From Nitrospinales bacterium (GTDB lineage: Bacteria; Nitrospinota; Nitrospinia; Nitrospinales; JAJDAT01): a DNA stretch of 64,000 nt. The position numbers and the translations under genes were made by a program. This document shows positions 60,746 to 64,000 of the stretch, piece by piece (within the stretch, counting starts at the first letter, position 1; each line of letters opens with the position of its first letter). The stretch is from assembly GCA_046757665.1 (NCBI GenBank), contig JBHHYO010000005.1, positions 8,983 to 72,982 of the forward strand, written 5' to 3'. The notes under the pieces were generated by a model. That model did not search any database. It saw only the letters and a program-made list of their open reading frames with translations, and was not told the DNA's origin.

Positions 60746-63433
60746 TTACCCGGATTGTTTCGTGCCGGAAATCGGTTGGGCGGCCGCGGAGAAATCCGAC
60801 CGCGAGGAAAGGTGGCGGATGGCGGCCTGGGCGGCGGCCAGACGGGCCGTCGGCACACGAAAGGGCGAACAACTGACGTAATCCATCCCCGCCTTGTCGC
60901 AAAAGGCGATGGATGCCGGGTCGCCCCCGTGTTCGCCGCAAATACCCACATGCAAATCCTTGCGAACTTGCCGTCCCTTGCGCACGGCGATTTCGATCAA
61001 CTGGCCAAGGCCGGCCTGGTCCAGGGTGACAAACGGATCCTCGGCAAGCAGTCCCTTTTCTATGTATTCCGGAAGAAAACTGCCGGCATCGTCGCGGCTC
61101 AAGCCGAACAGGGTTTGGGTCAGGTCGTTGGTGCCGAAGGAAAAGAAATCGGCTTCGCGGGCAATTTCGTCCGCGGTGAGGGCGGCGCGTGGCAGTTCGA
61201 TCATGGTGCCGACGCGGTAATCCAGCTTCACACCGGCTTTTTTGATGACTTCCTGAGCCACTTCCGTCACCAGTTGGCGGGTGACGCGAAACTCGTTGAC
61301 GTGGCTGACCAGGGGAATCATGATCTCCGGAAAAACTTTCAGCCCTTTTTTAACGAGCTTGCAAGCGGCCTCGATAATGGCCCGGGCTTGCATCTGATAA
61401 ATTTCCGGAAAGGTGATTCCCAGGCGGCAACCCCGGTGGCCGAGCATGGGATTGATTTCCTTGAGGGAGTTCACTTTTTTGTTGAGGGCGGTCTGGGAAA
61501 TACCCATCTGTTTGGCCAGCGCCTTGATCTCGCCCGGCTTGCCGGGCAAAAACTCGTGCAACGGCGGGTCTAGCAAGCGAATGGTCACCGGCAACCCCTC
61601 CATGACCTTGAAAATTTCGAAAAAATCGCTTCTCTGGATGGGCAGAAGTTTTTTCAGCGGCGCTTGCCGTGCCTTGCGGTTTTCCGCGAGGATCGTCGCG
61701 CGAATATAAAGAATACGCTCGTCGTTGAAAAACATGTGTTCGGTGCGGCACAACCCAATACCCTGCGCGCCAAAATCGCGGGCGACCAGCGCGTCGTGCG
61801 GAGTGTCGGCATTGGCTCGTATTTGCAGTGTCCGCATGTCGTCGGCCCATTTCATCACCTGGGTGAACACCATGGTCAACCGGGGCAGGGTCAATTTGGC
61901 GGCGCCCTGGATGACCTTGCCGGAGGAGCCGTCGATGGTGAGAGTGTCGAATTCCTTGAACTTCATCCCGCCCAGGGCGAGCGTCTTTTTCTTCTCGTCG
62001 ATGAACAGGCCGCGGCATCCGGAGACGCAGGGTTTGCCCATGGCGCGCGCCACGACGGCGGCGTGCGAGGTCATGCCGCCCTTCGCCGTCAGAATACCCT
62101 GGGCGGCGTTCATGCCCTGGATGTCTTCGGGCGAGGTTTCCATCCGCACCAGAACGATTTTTCCCTTTTTTTCGGCCATGGCCTGGGCGCGTTCCGGGGT
62201 GAACACGATTTTTCCCGAAGCCGCTCCGGGCGAGGCGCCCAGCCCACGGGCCAGCACCTTGACCTTGGCCTTGGGGTCGATCATGGGATGAAACACCTGC
62301 TCCAGCTGGTCGCAGGGGATGCGCATCAACGCCGCCTGTTTGCTGATCAAACCTTCCTGTACCATATCGACGGCGATCTTGATCGCCGCCCGCGCCGTCC
62401 GCTTGCCGGAACGGGTTTGCAGGAGGTAGAGTTGCTTGTCCTGCACGGTGAACTCCATGTCCTGCATGTCCTGGTAGTGTTTCTCCAGCTTCTGGAAAAT
62501 GTCCACCAGGGACCGGTAGACCTCCGGCATGGCTTTTTCCAACTGGGCAACCGGCTCCGGTGTGCGTATGCCGGCGACGACGTCTTCCCCCTGGGCGTTT
62601 ATGAGATACTCGCCGAAAAATTTCTTCTCGCCGGACGCCGGGTTGCGGGTGAACACCACGCCGGTGCCGGAGGTGTCGCCCATATTGCCGAACACCATGG
62701 CCTGGACGTTGACGGCGGTTCCCCATTCGTTGGGGATATTGTTGATCTTGCGGTATTCCACGGCGCGGTCGGCGTTCCAGGAGTCGAACACCGCCTCGAT
62801 GGCCATGCGGAGCTGCACCGTGGGGTCCTCGGGAAAATCCGAACCGCTGACTTTTTTGATCAGCCGCTTGTAATCCTTGATCAGCGCCTTGAGGTCCCGG
62901 ACGGTCAAATCGGTATCGTGTTCGGTGCCGCGTTTTTTCTTTTTCAGGGCCAGCCGGCTCTCGAACCGGTCTCCCGGTATCCCCAGAACCACATTGCCGA
63001 ACATGGAAATAAACCGGCGGTAACAGTCGAACGCAAAGCGCTCGTTCTGGGTGATGACGGCCAGAGCCCGGACGGTTTCCTCGTTCAGACCCAGGTTGAG
63101 GACGGTGTCCATCATGCCGGGCATGGAAACCCGCGCACCGGAGCGCACGGCGACCAGCAAGGGATTGAGCCGGTCACCGAACTTTTTGTCCATGCAGGTT
63201 TCCAGCGTTTTCAAACGGGCGAACACCTGGTCCCAGACCGAGCGAGGCAGAGAGTGATCGTTGTCAAAGTAACAACCGCAGGCTTCCGTGGTGATGGTGA
63301 ACCCCGGCGGCACGTTGATGCCCAAACGGGTCATTTCCGCCAGACCGGCGCCCTTGCCGCCCAAAAGGTCCTTCAGGCCACCGTTACCTTCAGTCTGCTC
63401 CTTGCTGAAAAAATAAACGTATTTTTGCGCCAT
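60746..63433 (-). CDS. ppdK: Pyruvate, phosphate dikinase
   Basis: LLGGKGA.LAEM, VRSGA..SMPGMMDT, GGMTSHAAVVAR, GIGLCRTEHMF, FSFGTNDLTQ, GICGEHGGDP. Confidence 0.97.
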   Translation of the reverse strand: MAQKYVYFFSKEQTEGNGGLKDLLGGKGAGLAEMTRLGINVPPGFTITTEACGCYFDNDHSLPRSVWDQVFARLKTLETCMDKKFGDRLNPLLVAVRSGARVSMPGMMDTVLNLGLNEETVRALAVITQNERFAFDCYRRFISMFGNVVLGIPGDRFESRLALKKKKRGTEHDTDLTVRDLKALIKDYKRLIKKVSGSDFPEDPTVQLRMAIEAVFDSWNADRAVEYRKINNIPNEWGTAVNVQAMVFGNMGDTSGTGVVFTRNPASGEKKFFGEYLINAQGEDVVAGIRTPEPVAQLEKAMPEVYRSLVDIFQKLEKHYQDMQDMEFTVQDKQLYLLQTRSGKRTARAAIKIAVDMVQEGLISKQAALMRIPCDQLEQVFHPMIDPKAKVKVLARGLGASPGAASGKIVFTPERAQAMAEKKGKIVLVRMETSPEDIQGMNAAQGILTAKGGMTSHAAVVARAMGKPCVSGCRGLFIDEKKKTLALGGMKFKEFDTLTIDGSSGKVIQGAAKLTLPRLTMVFTQVMKWADDMRTLQIRANADTPHDALVARDFGAQGIGLCRTEHMFFNDERILYIRATILAENRKARQAPLKKLLPIQRSDFFEIFKVMEGLPVTIRLLDPPLHEFLPGKPGEIKALAKQMGISQTALNKKVNSLKEINPMLGHRGCRLGITFPEIYQMQARAIIEAACKLVKKGLKVFPEIMIPLVSHVNEFRVTRQLVTEVAQEVIKKAGVKLDYRVGTMIELPRAALTADEIAREADFFSFGTNDLTQTLFGLSRDDAGSFLPEYIEKGLLAEDPFVTLDQAGLGQLIEIAVRKGRQVRKDLHVGICGEHGGDPASIAFCDKAGMDYVSCSPFRVPTARLAAAQAAIRHLSSRSDFSAAAQPISGTKQSG

Positions 63434-63514
63434 ACAATTTTTTACTCATGCGCGACGGTTAACCAAAATCACGCAAGCCCTTGAGCAACCGCTTGTCCTG
63501 CCAGGGACAAAAGG

Positions 63515-64000
63515 TTAGTGTGTCACTTGTTTAGCATGATTCGTAGTAAGTCGGGTTTTCCCGTAAACAGGGATTGTTTTATTTTTGACCAAATGATTAT
63601 ATATGATTTTTGCCAAAAATTTATTTCCTTTGGGGGAAAAGTGATAAGGCTCCCGGTTGTATAATTCACTGGCATCAAGATTCTCTTGCGCTATCTCATA
63701 AAAAAAATCTATATAATCGAACCGGCCTTTTTCGAAAACTTTCTGAAAGCGGGATAATAGCGCGCCAAACCCCCCAAACTTTCTTACGAATTCTTGCGCG
63801 GCGTCTTCAGAACCTCTTTTTTCGACGATCGGTTTCATTAAAAAGGGCAACTTGTTATTTTTATTGCGAAGGCAAAAAGCCAAAGACGCTTTTTCCTTGT
63901 TGCAAGCCTGCAAAAGCAAATCATACAAGGTGGGATTTATTACAAATAATAACTGCGCATTGTTTTGATGGGTCAAATCATTTATTTTATCTAAAAGAGC
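63515..64000 (-). CDS. C-terminal part of an AT-rich protein, possibly SGNH/GDSL-like (truncated by window edge)
   Basis: Frame is open to position 64000; C-terminal PYHFSPKGN..LA..I resembles SGNH block V. Confidence 0.55.
   Translation of the reverse strand, partial: ALLDKINDLTHQNNAQLLFVINPTLYDLLLQACNKEKASLAFCLRNKNNKLPFLMKPIVEKRGSEDAAQEFVRKFGGFGALLSRFQKVFEKGRFDYIDFFYEIAQENLDASELYNREPYHFSPKGNKFLAKIIYNHLVKNKTIPVYGKTRLTTNHAKQVTH

Overview
GC-rich bacterial chromosomal segment made mostly of housekeeping genes: lysC (partial), apgM-like, hldD, tdh-kbl, purB-purC, orn, glnD-like, aroF, dnaN, glyQ, a CBS/DHH tRNA nucleotidyltransferase, dsb genes, mrp, hisA-hisF, rmlC, tRNA-Val-thrS-infC-rpmI-rplT-pheS, miaB, an aldehyde dehydrogenase, aroB, a type IV pilus pilM-O-P-Q cluster and ppdK. 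The gene content resembles Nitrospinota or a deltaproteobacteria-like lineage (inference only). Accessory material is a 151-bp MITE with a 7-bp target duplication sitting on a start codon, an AT-rich two-gene islet after glyQ, and a type III R-M locus with a nested MNT-HEPN toxin-antitoxin pair. Most notable: (1) a DUF559/Vsr-like endonuclease domain inserted in frame in the Mod methyltransferase between two identical 35-bp palindromic repeats, resembling a repeat-bounded mobile nuclease cassette; (2) a secretin-less AMIN-N0-N0-PilP fusion gene between pilP and pilQ in a cluster lacking pilN, possibly a periplasmic extender; (3) intact ApgM-like and ADP-ribosylglycohydrolase-like genes that lack catalytic residues; (4) a second gene besides infC that seems to need an AUU start. 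All family calls come from motif recognition by eye, with no database search.
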